DNA from: a virus
Lineage: Duplodnaviria; Caudoviricetes
Length of the DNA stretch: 26,812 nucleotides
IMG/VR virus record: IMGVR_UViG_3300017978_000334
Span: 1-26,812 of that record
Reading direction: 5' to 3' (one strand)
A program made the translations under genes and the position numbers. The notes under the pieces were generated by a model that saw nothing but the letters and a program-made list of their open reading frames with translations, was not told the DNA's origin and did not search any database. Shown here one piece after another: positions 1 to 10,400 of this stretch (positions within the stretch are counted from its first letter, which is position 1; each line of letters begins with the position of its first letter).

Positions 1-1
1 A

Positions 2-3000
2 GATGTCACAGATACATATGATTTAGGTTCTGTTAGTCAAAACTGGAGAACATTATATGCTGATACTGTAATTTCTAATGGCACAGGTAGTTTTATAATT
101 CCTGTAGGCAATGTCTCACAACGTCCAACGGCTGTGACAGGTATGATTCGCTATAACAGCGAACTTTCAACATTTGAAGGATATGCCGCAAGTGCGTGGG
201 GATCTTTAGGGGGCGTTAAATCTGTTGATGGTTTTACTTATATTGTTCCTGAAACTAGTCCAGGAGCCAGCAATGGTGAATTAGAATTTTATGCAGAAAA
301 TTCTGCAGGAACAGGCAGTGTAAAGACTGCCGGCATGACCAGAACATCAGTTTCAATTCCTTTAACAACTGCAAGTACAACAAGTACCGATGGTGCGTTA
401 ATTGTTAGTGGTGGTGTCGGTGTTGCTGGAACCGTAAACATTGGTACAGATTTAAATGTAACAGGTAATACAACTCTAACAGGCGAACTGCGAGGTCCAG
501 CAAGTTTTGTTATAGATCCAGCAGGCGTTGGCGATAATACCGGAACTGTAGTTATCAAAGGTAACTTACAAGTTGATGGCACAACAACTACAATTAATTC
601 AACAACATTAACTGTTGATGATAAAAATATCGAACTAGCCAGTGTAGCAAGTCCAACAGATTTAACAGCAGACGGTGCTGGTATTACCATTAAAGGCACC
701 AGCGACAAAACATTCAATTGGGTTGATGCTACAAATTCGTTTACCGCAAATCAAAATATTGATGTGCTGTCTGGATTTGCACTTAAAGTTGCAGGTGTTG
801 ATAAAGTTACAGAAACTGCATTGTTCCCTAACGGCGACGTAACTATTGGTAGTGTACTAAGCACTGTTACCATCAATGATGAGATTCTAGTCACCAATAA
901 CTTAATTACCAACGGCGATGTAATCAGTGATAATCTTGTACAAAATTTATACCCCGATACTGTTGAGACATTAAACATCGGTGCTACAGCAACTATAGTC
1001 AACATTGGAGAAACAACTGGAGTCGGAACAACATCAGTTAAAAATAATTTAGATGTTACAGGCCCGGTAAGAATTGGCGGCAACAGTATCGCATCTAAAC
1101 CTACTACAATTATTTTTGCAACAGGAGTAATTGGTAATGCAGCCAATGCATTACAAAACGGCCTCACAACTTCAACTGACGGTATGGATGCACAGTTTGA
1201 ACTTGAATTTGAGCGAGATACTGGAAACATTGTAAGACTAACATTGATCTCAGGCGGCAAAGGATGGGTAGCAAACGCAACACCGTTCGTTGGAGATTTG
1301 TTATACATTTTAGGTACTTCATTGGGCGGTTTGGATGGCAATCCAATTGGTACATTGCCTGCGGCAGGCAATGATATCATTATCGGAGTAACCGCGGTTA
1401 ATACACCTAAAGTAGTAGTTGGTGGCGAACCCAATGATAATACCGGTGTTATCACTGCATTCGAATATCAAGGTTCTGTACCAATTATTACTGGCGGCGC
1501 AACAACGTTTAGTCTAGTTGAAAATTTTGTTGAAACTGTTGACTTTGCTAAAGATGCAACAACAATTACTATGGGCGCAGTTGACGGATTAGGACTAGCC
1601 AGCGGTACAACAACAATTAGAAATAATTTTCAAGTTAACGGAGATGTTACACTTAACGGTGTGTTTAGTGGCGTAACTGCTAACATTGATACTAATGCAA
1701 TATCGTTAAACTTGGTCAATAACACAGCCAACACAATTAATTTTGCAGGAGAAGCCGATACACTTAACATTGGTAGTGTGTTTGGTGAAACAACAATTAA
1801 TAATACATTGGTTGTTCCTACAGGAATTATCGCAGATATCAAAGGTAGTGTATTCAGTGACACCAGCAGTGTTATCATCAACGGTATTAACGGCGATGTA
1901 ACAGCCAACGATTTACAAGTTAACGGCAGTGCTACATTTGCATTTGATATCTTAGTACAAGGTGGCGACCTATTAACAGATCAAACAACATTTAATTTAA
2001 TCAACGAAACTGCTACTACACTGAATATTGGTCAGGCTGCGACCAGTGTTGTTGTCGGAGCAACCACAGGTACTGTTCAACTTCGTAATCAAATTGTACA
2101 AGTAGACGGTAATCTAGCAGTTAATGGCGGAGAAATAACCACTAATCAAAGCGTTTTTGACTTTATAACAAGTGGTGCAACTACTCTTAACATGGGTAGT
2201 AGTGCAAGTGTAGTAAGTATTGGTTCTACTCTAGGAACAACGACAGTCAACAATAATCTTGTTGCCGGAGAAAATTTACAAGTTGACGGTGATACTGTCA
2301 GTACTACCAACACAACTATGAATTTGTTTAACACTACAGCAACTAGTGTTAATTTTGCCGGTGCTGCCTTAGTAACTAATATAGGTGATGCCACAGGTAC
2401 TGTAAATTTTGCCGGAACTATGGTAAACTTTGACGGTGATATAACTGTTAAAGGCGGTGACATCATCACCGATCAAACATCATTTAATTTACTGCAAACA
2501 CCAACTACAATTAATTTTGCTGATGCGGCAACAACTATACAAGTTGGTGCACCTAGTGGAACAACAACTATTAGAAATAATTTAGATGTTGACTTAGATT
2601 TGAACATTGACGGCGGAGATATTACTTCTAGTCAAACTACATTTAATTTATTAAATTCAACAGTTACTACGTTAAATTTAGCAGGTGCAGGTACACAAGT
2701 TAATATTGGTAGCGCCAGCGGCGCAACTAACATTAAAAACGATTTGAATGTAGATGGAAAAATTACTGTTGGTAGTAGTGCTGGTTCAACATCTACTATT
2801 GATTCAGCAGATACAACATTCTATCTTGCCAACACAACAGCAGAAAACTTGTATATGGGCGGTGCTGCCACAGTAGTTGAAATCGGTTCTACTACGGGTA
2901 CAACAACTATTAACAATGATCTCGCAGTTGACGGCCAGGCTACATTTGAACAAGACCTTCAACTTAAAGGCGGTGATTTAACTACGAATCAAACTACCTT

Positions 3001-4375
3001 TAATCTAATTAATACTGTTGCTGAAACAGTTAACTTTGCAGGTGCAGGTACAACTGTTAATATTGGTGCGACTACTGGTACCACTGTTGTTAAAAATGCT
3101 CTTCAAGCAAACGCAGATGTTGAAATAAGAGGCGGAGATTTAACAACCAATCAGTCAACATTTAACTTAATTAACACCAATGCTACTACTGTAAATTTTG
3201 CCGGTGGCGCAAACACTGTTAATATTGCCGCACCAGGCAGCGCAACAAATATTGCCGGAGCATTGAATATTACAGGAGTAACAACTGTAAGTAATCATAT
3301 TATTCCAGCAGATAATGTAACATATGACTTAGGTAGTTCAACAAATCGCTTCCGCGATTTATATCTAAGCGGTGGTACAATTGACTTAGCCGGCGGTACA
3401 ATTAGTTATGACGGTACAAGTTTTAACTTTCAAGGCGGTACAAACGTTGGACAAAGTGTTGAAACAGAAAGTACAACATTTGATCTCTTGAACAATATTG
3501 CACAAACAATTAATTTTGGCGGCGATGCTACAACAATTAATATGGGCGCATTAAGTGGTTCTGTAAACATTAGAAACAATCTTGCTGTGGCCGGCCAAAT
3601 TACAGTAGGCTCCAGTGATAGTAGTGTATCCACTCTAGCAGTCACTGATACAACATTCTTCCTTGCAGACACAACTGCGGAAACAATTTATTTTGGTGGT
3701 GCCGCAACAAGCATTAGCATGGGAAGTATTGGCGGATTAACCACTGTCAACACTGACCTAACAGTCACAGGCAACACATTATTAGAATCAAATTTAACAG
3801 TCAACGGTAATTTAACTCTAACATCTTTGAATACCAGTGGTGAAAATAATGACTTCGTTATTAGTCCTCAAGGTACAGGTCAAGTTATTATCGAACCTCA
3901 AGGCGGATTTATTTTAAATCCTACAACACTTGGCACTATTAATAATGTTAGCATTGGAGCAACAACAAGAGCCGCTGGTAGATTTACAAGTTTAGAAGCA
4001 AACGCTCAAACTAGATTCACTGCTGGTATTAGTTCACTTGATTCTACTACAGGTACTGTGGTAGTTCAAGGTGGTATGGGCGTAGGCGAAAATTTAAATG
4101 TCGAAGGCAACGTAAGTGCTAATCAGTTAACATTACGCGGTACAGTCTTGTTTGAAAACGAACTAAGCGTATCAAGTGGTGGTACTGGTGCTGGACAGTT
4201 TAATGCTAAAGGTATACTATACGGAAATAGTACTGATGCAATACAAAGTACAGCAGGTAGTGATTATGAAAATCCCTATACCGGAACTAATCAACAAACT
4301 AGCAATGCAATTTTAACTACTACTGCTCAAGGTGTACCAGTTTGGACTGACGTCATCGATTGCGGAACATTTTAA
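2..4375 (+). CDS. Phage fibre/virion structural protein with ~13 tandem ~54-aa beta repeats (5'-truncated; true start lies upstream of the window)
   Basis: The frame is open from base 2 (DVTDTYDLGSVSQNWRTLYAD...IPVGNVSQRPTAVTGMIRYNSELSTFEGY), so the GTG at 134 is internal. The protein is T/G/N/V-rich with repeats GGDxTTxQTTFNLxNxxATTxNFAGAAxxxxIGxxxGTTTxxNNL. It carries the phage-fibre motifs YDLGSxxxRxRxLY (twice) and PxGxxxQRP...GMIRYN...FEGY, and ends in IDCGTF-TAA. Confidence 0.8.
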   Translation, partial: DVTDTYDLGSVSQNWRTLYADTVISNGTGSFIIPVGNVSQRPTAVTGMIRYNSELSTFEGYAASAWGSLGGVKSVDGFTYIVPETSPGASNGELEFYAENSAGTGSVKTAGMTRTSVSIPLTTASTTSTDGALIVSGGVGVAGTVNIGTDLNVTGNTTLTGELRGPASFVIDPAGVGDNTGTVVIKGNLQVDGTTTTINSTTLTVDDKNIELASVASPTDLTADGAGITIKGTSDKTFNWVDATNSFTANQNIDVLSGFALKVAGVDKVTETALFPNGDVTIGSVLSTVTINDEILVTNNLITNGDVISDNLVQNLYPDTVETLNIGATATIVNIGETTGVGTTSVKNNLDVTGPVRIGGNSIASKPTTIIFATGVIGNAANALQNGLTTSTDGMDAQFELEFERDTGNIVRLTLISGGKGWVANATPFVGDLLYILGTSLGGLDGNPIGTLPAAGNDIIIGVTAVNTPKVVVGGEPNDNTGVITAFEYQGSVPIITGGATTFSLVENFVETVDFAKDATTITMGAVDGLGLASGTTTIRNNFQVNGDVTLNGVFSGVTANIDTNAISLNLVNNTANTINFAGEADTLNIGSVFGETTINNTLVVPTGIIADIKGSVFSDTSSVIINGINGDVTANDLQVNGSATFAFDILVQGGDLLTDQTTFNLINETATTLNIGQAATSVVVGATTGTVQLRNQIVQVDGNLAVNGGEITTNQSVFDFITSGATTLNMGSSASVVSIGSTLGTTTVNNNLVAGENLQVDGDTVSTTNTTMNLFNTTATSVNFAGAALVTNIGDATGTVNFAGTMVNFDGDITVKGGDIITDQTSFNLLQTPTTINFADAATTIQVGAPSGTTTIRNNLDVDLDLNIDGGDITSSQTTFNLLNSTVTTLNLAGAGTQVNIGSASGATNIKNDLNVDGKITVGSSAGSTSTIDSADTTFYLANTTAENLYMGGAATVVEIGSTTGTTTINNDLAVDGQATFEQDLQLKGGDLTTNQTTFNLINTVAETVNFAGAGTTVNIGATTGTTVVKNALQANADVEIRGGDLTTNQSTFNLINTNATTVNFAGGANTVNIAAPGSATNIAGALNITGVTTVSNHIIPADNVTYDLGSSTNRFRDLYLSGGTIDLAGGTISYDGTSFNFQGGTNVGQSVETESTTFDLLNNIAQTINFGGDATTINMGALSGSVNIRNNLAVAGQITVGSSDSSVSTLAVTDTTFFLADTTAETIYFGGAATSISMGSIGGLTTVNTDLTVTGNTLLESNLTVNGNLTLTSLNTSGENNDFVISPQGTGQVIIEPQGGFILNPTTLGTINNVSIGATTRAAGRFTSLEANAQTRFTAGISSLDSTTGTVVVQGGMGVGENLNVEGNVSANQLTLRGTVLFENELSVSSGGTGAGQFNAKGILYGNSTDAIQSTAGSDYENPYTGTNQQTSNAILTTTAQGVPVWTDVIDCGTF
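911..3770 (+). repeat. Intragenic array of about 13 degenerate ~54-aa beta-solenoid/shaft repeats
   Basis: Examples are GGDLLTDQTTFNLINETATTLNIGQAA, GGDITSSQTTFNLLNSTVTTLNLAGAG, GGDLTTNQTTFNLINTVAETVNFAGAG and GGDLTTNQSTFNLINTNATTVNFAGGA. The count was made by eye. Confidence 0.85.
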
Positions 4376-4391
4376 AGAACGTGTATTTTAG

Positions 4392-4403
4392 AAACGGTAA
4401 ATA
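4392..4403 (+). promoter_or_regulatory. Putative T4-type late promoter (AAACGG-TAAATA)
   Basis: TAAATA lies at 4398-4403 in the intergenic gap, with SD GAGGA at 4422-4426 before ATG 4432. The identical 12-mer AAACGGTAAATA recurs at 25051-25062. The core resembles the T4 late promoter TATAAATA. Confidence 0.7.
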
Positions 4404-4431
4404 AGAACAGACAAGGAAAACGAGGAATATT

Positions 4432-7400
4432 ATGGCATCAAGAATCCTTTTTAAAAGAAATAACAACGCAGGTGTAACACCAAGTGCAGGCTCATTAGTT
4501 CAGGGTGAACTAGCGATGAATACTGCTGATGGTAAAGTCTTTTTAAAGAAAGAAGACAACACTGTACTTGATATCACTAAAACAACGTTTGAACGTGATA
4601 CTAGTATTACTGCAAATGATAACGGCGGTGTAACACCAAGTAAGATTATTGCCAAAGTAGATAATGTTACAGAATTTGAAGTCACTGCGAATGGCACAGA
4701 GTTTGTTAATGATGTTAGAATTAAAGATCAAAAAGGTTTAATTTTTAATGATGCCGCAAATAATAACACTGTAACTATCAAAGGTCCAGACAATGTTGAC
4801 TTTAGTTATGAAATAAAACTTCCTAGATTTCAACCTATTGATCAAAGTGTATTAGCACTAGATGGTCAAGGTAATTTAGAGTGGAGTAGTCCAGATAGTT
4901 TTGGTGGTAATAGAGTTTATGTCAGTGATCGTAAAGGCGATGACACTAACGACGGTGTTAATGCTCCGGTTCGTAGTTTAAAACGTGCCGCACAGATTGC
5001 CGCAAGTTTAGGTCTACGCCCTCTTACAGATCCAGGACAGGGAAAATTTAATGCTAAACGATTACTGGAAGCCAACCGTAGTTTTATTCAAAGCCAAGTT
5101 ATTAAATGGATTGATGCTAACTTTGTTAACTTTCAATACGACGAAGAAAAATGTCGTAGAGATCTAGGATTAATCATTGATGCAGTGGCATTAGACTTTG
5201 TAATAGGAACTAATTACAAGGCAGTGACTACCGGATTATCATATCGTCGTGCAAATGCATACACAGTTATTCAAGATCAAATCCTTCAAACTAAGAGTGC
5301 AATTCTCCAAGCACAACAAGAAGGCTTATCGTATATTACTAACTCAACAGCACTTGGTCGTTATAATACAGCATTTGCAGAAATTGTTGACATTTTAGAA
5401 AATGACGTCGGCGATGACAGTACGGATGCAATTGTATATCCAAGCACTGCTGCCACAAGTACAGATCAAATAGCCGCAAAAGATAAACTACAAGCAAATA
5501 AAAACTTCTTAAAAGAAGAAGTTATTGCTTGGATCAATACTAACTATTCAGACTTTGTTTATGATGAAACTAAGTGTGCTCGTGACACAGGCTTGTTATT
5601 AGACGCGGCTGGATTTGATGCAGTACTAAACACAAACTATAATGCTGTTGTTGCGGGCCGCGCATATCTACGTGCTAATGCAGATTATTTAGAAAATAAT
5701 CAAAAATTACAAACAGTTGCCGCATTCCAATACGCTAAAAGTCAAGCATTATTATCAGTCAGCGGTGCTGGTGGCACTCCAACATTTGTCGACGGAGACA
5801 CATTTACCCAAGGCACTGACTATTCTTTAAGCGGTAACGATGCTGGTTTCTTGGCCACGTACACCACTGGTACATTGCAACTGTTTAAGTCTCTGTGGTC
5901 AAATACCGCAGCCCTTGCTGAATTGGCAGCACTACCATCTGGTTCTCAAATTAAAATTCAAGTTCCAGGACCAAGCGGAACAGTAACTACTATTCTTACA
6001 TTAACTAGCGCATGGGTTGATAACGGAACAACATATGACGCAACGGCAACAATGCCAGATGTATTCAACGATTTCTACGCATATACAGTTACTCTAAATG
6101 CAGCCGTGGCAAATCTAGCCTCACAACGAGTTGAATTGGCATTTGATGAAATATTAGATATTATTGCCAACGCTGAAGGCGATGACAGCACTGACGCTAT
6201 TATTTTTAATGCACCTAGTAATGCTACGCAGGACGCAATTGATGCTAGAGATCAGTTACAGGCTAACCGTAATTTCTTAGCAGATGCAGTTAGTTCGTAT
6301 ATTAACAAACAATTTGCAGGTTACATATACAATGGTATTGTGAAAACAACCTGCGAACGTGACCTCGGTATTATCATTGACGCCGCACGTTACGACGCCG
6401 CGTTAGGCACAAATTTTAATGCGATAACCGCAGGATTGGCCTATCAACGTGCTAATAGTTCGTATGTTTTAAGTGGACAGAACATACAAACTATTGCAGG
6501 TATTGAATTTGCAAAATCAGCGGCAGCAGCCGTGGTAAGTGCGAACGGAACTACTGTAACTCGTGTAAATGCAGCCTTCGATGAAGTTATTGATATTATT
6601 AGAAACGGAGTAGTGTCTACAGACACTTCAGCAGATCCGTTGACATTTACTAATCCGTCAAACGCTACTCAAGCAGTTATCAATTCTAAAAATCAACTTA
6701 TTTCAAATAGAGAATTTGCTAAGGCAGAAATCATTGCATGGATTAATAACGAAATTGCAACTGCTACAATTGGCAGTACATTTGATGGTTTTACATATAA
6801 CAGTGTAAAATGTTCTAGAGACGTTGGTTACATTATCGACGCATTAACTTATGATTTAATATATGGTGGAAATTCAGCAAGTATTGTTGCCGCTAATTCT
6901 TACTTTGTAGGTACACTAGGACAGTTAGGAGCAGGGCAAAAAGACGGAACCATTGCAGCCTATAACAGATTAAACACTGTTCTGTCGCAGATTATTCAAG
7001 GTCAATCTGTAACAATAACAACAGGAAACATTGAAACACAGTCGGGTGTTGGTACTGCAACTGTAGGTACTAGTGCAGAAGCAACTTTAGTTTCTGCAGA
7101 TTTACAATTAATTATAGACGTTATCACTGCTGAAACTCCAGCCGGATTACCAACTCCAACTTATCCAAGTTTAGGTTGGGTAAATGCAAACATTGTATCG
7201 GCTACAGATGCTTTAGCAACATCAAAATCTACTATTATTACAAATACCAGCGCATATTTAACAACAACATTCGATGCGTTTTCATACAATCAAGAAAAGT
7301 GCGAACGCGATGTAAAATATATTGTTGACGGTCTAACATATGATATCTTATATGGTGGTAATACCGCCACACGCACCACTGCAAATGCATACTGGGTGGG

Positions 7401-10400
7401 TGCAGTAACACAAGTACCTGATCAAATTTATCAAACTAAAAAAGCATTTGAATATCTAGCAACTATCGTTGATGACGTATTGTTAGCAACAACAATTACT
7501 CCAAGTCAAGATCGCAAAGTATTTTTAAAAGGTGCCGTAGGTAGTGATACATTCAGCGTGACTAGTTGGTCCGGAAATTCCTTGGTTATAGAAACTGGCG
7601 CCGGTGATTTAAGAAGCCAATTATCTGTATATAACGGCGGAGTTTCTTGGAACGCATACATTAATGGAGTTGAAGTACCTGTTACATTTACTTCAGCAAG
7701 CCCAGGATTTTTAGACGCTCCTCCTACCACTATCACATTAACTACTAGCAAGACCTTAACAGATACATTAGGATCTACCGCTACAATTTCTGATATTGTT
7801 AACCTATCATTTATTGTTAATTATAGTGGTGCTAGCCAAGATACTACTACATACGGCGCCGCTGGTGCAACACAAACAGCAGCCGCAACAGCACTATTAG
7901 GTATTGTTACAAATGTGATTGAAAACGGTGTTGGTGTATTACCAACAGCAGTTAACCCAAATTTATCTTGGGCAAGTTCTGATTTACAAAACGCACGTTT
8001 AGAACTAGTTGCAGATCGTCAAAGTATTATCGACGGGACTCTTAATTATGTACAAACAACTTTCCAAGATTTTGTCTATGACGAAACCAAATGTGCAAGA
8101 GATGTAGGGTACATTGTTGATGCAATAACTTATGACGTATTATACGGCGGTAACAGCGCAACCGTTGGTGCTGCCAACGCATACTGGATTACCTTAGATG
8201 GTAGTACTTATGACACACAAGTTCCGCAACAAGAAAGTGTTACTTCGTTAGCCATCGATCGTCTAGCATATCTAACAGACAAAGTTGTACGCGGTGTAAC
8301 TATCACCGACACATATCAAACAGCAGTTAATCAAGTTACTAGTGGTAGTAATGCTACAACTGTTGAAGCAGGCGCACTAACTGATTTATTAGGCATTATT
8401 TCAGGTGTTATTATCAACGGTATTGGTACAATACCAGCAGAAGTGGAACCTGATACAAGTTGGCAAGTTGGTGCAATTACTGCGAATTTTACTGCATTTA
8501 AAAACACAAATCGTAATACAATTATCGATGCAGTTGTTCAGTATATTGCAGATACTTTTACAGGATTTGTTTATAATAGTGCAACTTGCTCTCGTGATAC
8601 TGGATTAATTTTAGATGCTGTAATTCTTGATTTTATCCTTGGTGGTAACGAACGAAGTGTTGAAGCCGGACTTGCTTACTATGAAGCCGGCAATACCAGC
8701 GCGGCTCTGGTTATTTCAGATCAGAGATTTGAAACTGCTGAAGCCAACAAGTATGCCAAAAGGATTGCTAAACAGATTGTACAAAATCAAACCATTAGCC
8801 CGTTCTTTCAACCCATAGGTGCAGAACCAGTACAGATTAAGTATCCTAGTATCAGTGGTTCAGCCGCATTAAACGACATCGAATCACTTTTCAATACTAT
8901 TATTGGTATTTTTGAAGGTGAACCTGCGCCTACAGTGATTGCTAACAGTTTCCAAGAAGTTCCTATTACCATTCAAGTGGCAGCAGGTGACTTTTATATT
9001 GACAATCCAATTATTATTCCAGATAGAGTGTCTGTGGTAGGTGATAGTTTACGTTCTGTAGTTATTCGACCATTGAATGCGGGCAAGGACATGTTCCGTA
9101 TTCGTAACGGCGCATACATGACAGGATTTACTTTCCGAGACGGTCTAGATGAGAATTTAGTTCCTAACTATACATTTAACTGGTGCGTGGCGTTTGATGA
9201 TCCGTTAGACGACACAGTTGATCGTTCAGGCTACTTTGGTCTACGTAGAAATAGACCGCAAATTTCTTTATCACCGTACATTCAGAACTGTTCTATTATT
9301 TCGTTCTTAGGCGGTAACGGTATTTGGGTAGACGGTGAAAAAATTAAAGAACCTAACATCAGCCCTCCAGGATTTAATATTGAACAAGAAAATCCAGTAG
9401 AAGGCGACGTACCTCCACAAGGTAAGTCTATGGTTGCCAACGCCTTCACTATGGTATCATTTGGTGGTACAGGATGGTTAGTAACCAATGACGGTTATGC
9501 ACAGATCGTGTCTTGTTTCCAGATCTTCTGTTTGAACGGATCGTATACCCAATCAGGAGGTTACTTATCCATTACCAACTCTGCTACTAACTTTGGTTTG
9601 TATGCACTACGATCAAGTGGTTTTAGTCCAAACGTATTCAAATTTGATAAAGGGTTTGTCGCAGCCACAGGCACTAATGGTGGAAGAATTACGTTAACAA
9701 CATTGGGAACAGAACGAGAACCCGTCCCGCAGTATGTATTAAAATTCCGAAATGCTAGTACTGATGCAGACGTAACCAGTAACTTTAAAGTAGCAAGCAC
9801 AGAATTGTCTTTTGATTCTCGTGCATTTAATGCTATTGCGGATCTTACTGCTACCATTACTAATATTGCAGGTAGTGGTCCTTATACTGCAACACTTACC
9901 GGTGTTAACACCACAGGCATTACTGTCGGAAAATATCTAACCAAGACTGGCGGCGACGGCACATTAGGCAGTGTTACAACAGTTACCGCAGTACGTGCGT
10001 TGGCAAATGAAATTGATATTTCCAGCAACGGTGTTATCATCGCAGGTGCCTTACCATTAGAATTTGCAATAGGTGGCGCAGTTAATACTGTATCAAATAT
10101 TATTACAATTCCAGACCATGGCTTTTTAAATGGCGATAGTGTTTATTATTATGCAGACTTAACTGTATCTGGTAATATTAGTATTTTAGGACTGATTGAT
10201 AACGGTATTTACTTTGTTAAAGTTATTAGTGCTAATACAATTCAATTGTTTAACGACAATGGTCTAGCATATCTTGCAGATATTCAAACTGGTGGTATAG
10301 GCACACATCGTATTGCTAAAAACGTTGAAGAATTCTTTGTTGAATCGGTGGTTAGCAGCCATAACAGTTATCAAACGCTGACATTGCCAACAGCAAGTCC

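Noticed and set aside
134-136. GTG start of the 1413-aa ORF in the track
   Set aside because: The frame is open back to base 2 and encodes recognisable fibre motifs, so the gene starts outside the window.
5767-7824. Inteins or introns as the explanation for the two in-frame inserts
   Set aside because: There are no N-terminal C/S plus C-terminal HN-(C/S/T) splice motifs, no LAGLIDADG or HINT signatures, and no frame disruption.
5041-8920. Calling the window cyanobacterial or a true cpc/apc locus
   Set aside because: The phycobiliprotein-like motif is embedded in a phage structural protein among neck and tail genes. There are no standalone cpc/apc, linker or lyase genes, and the host cannot be assigned from this window.
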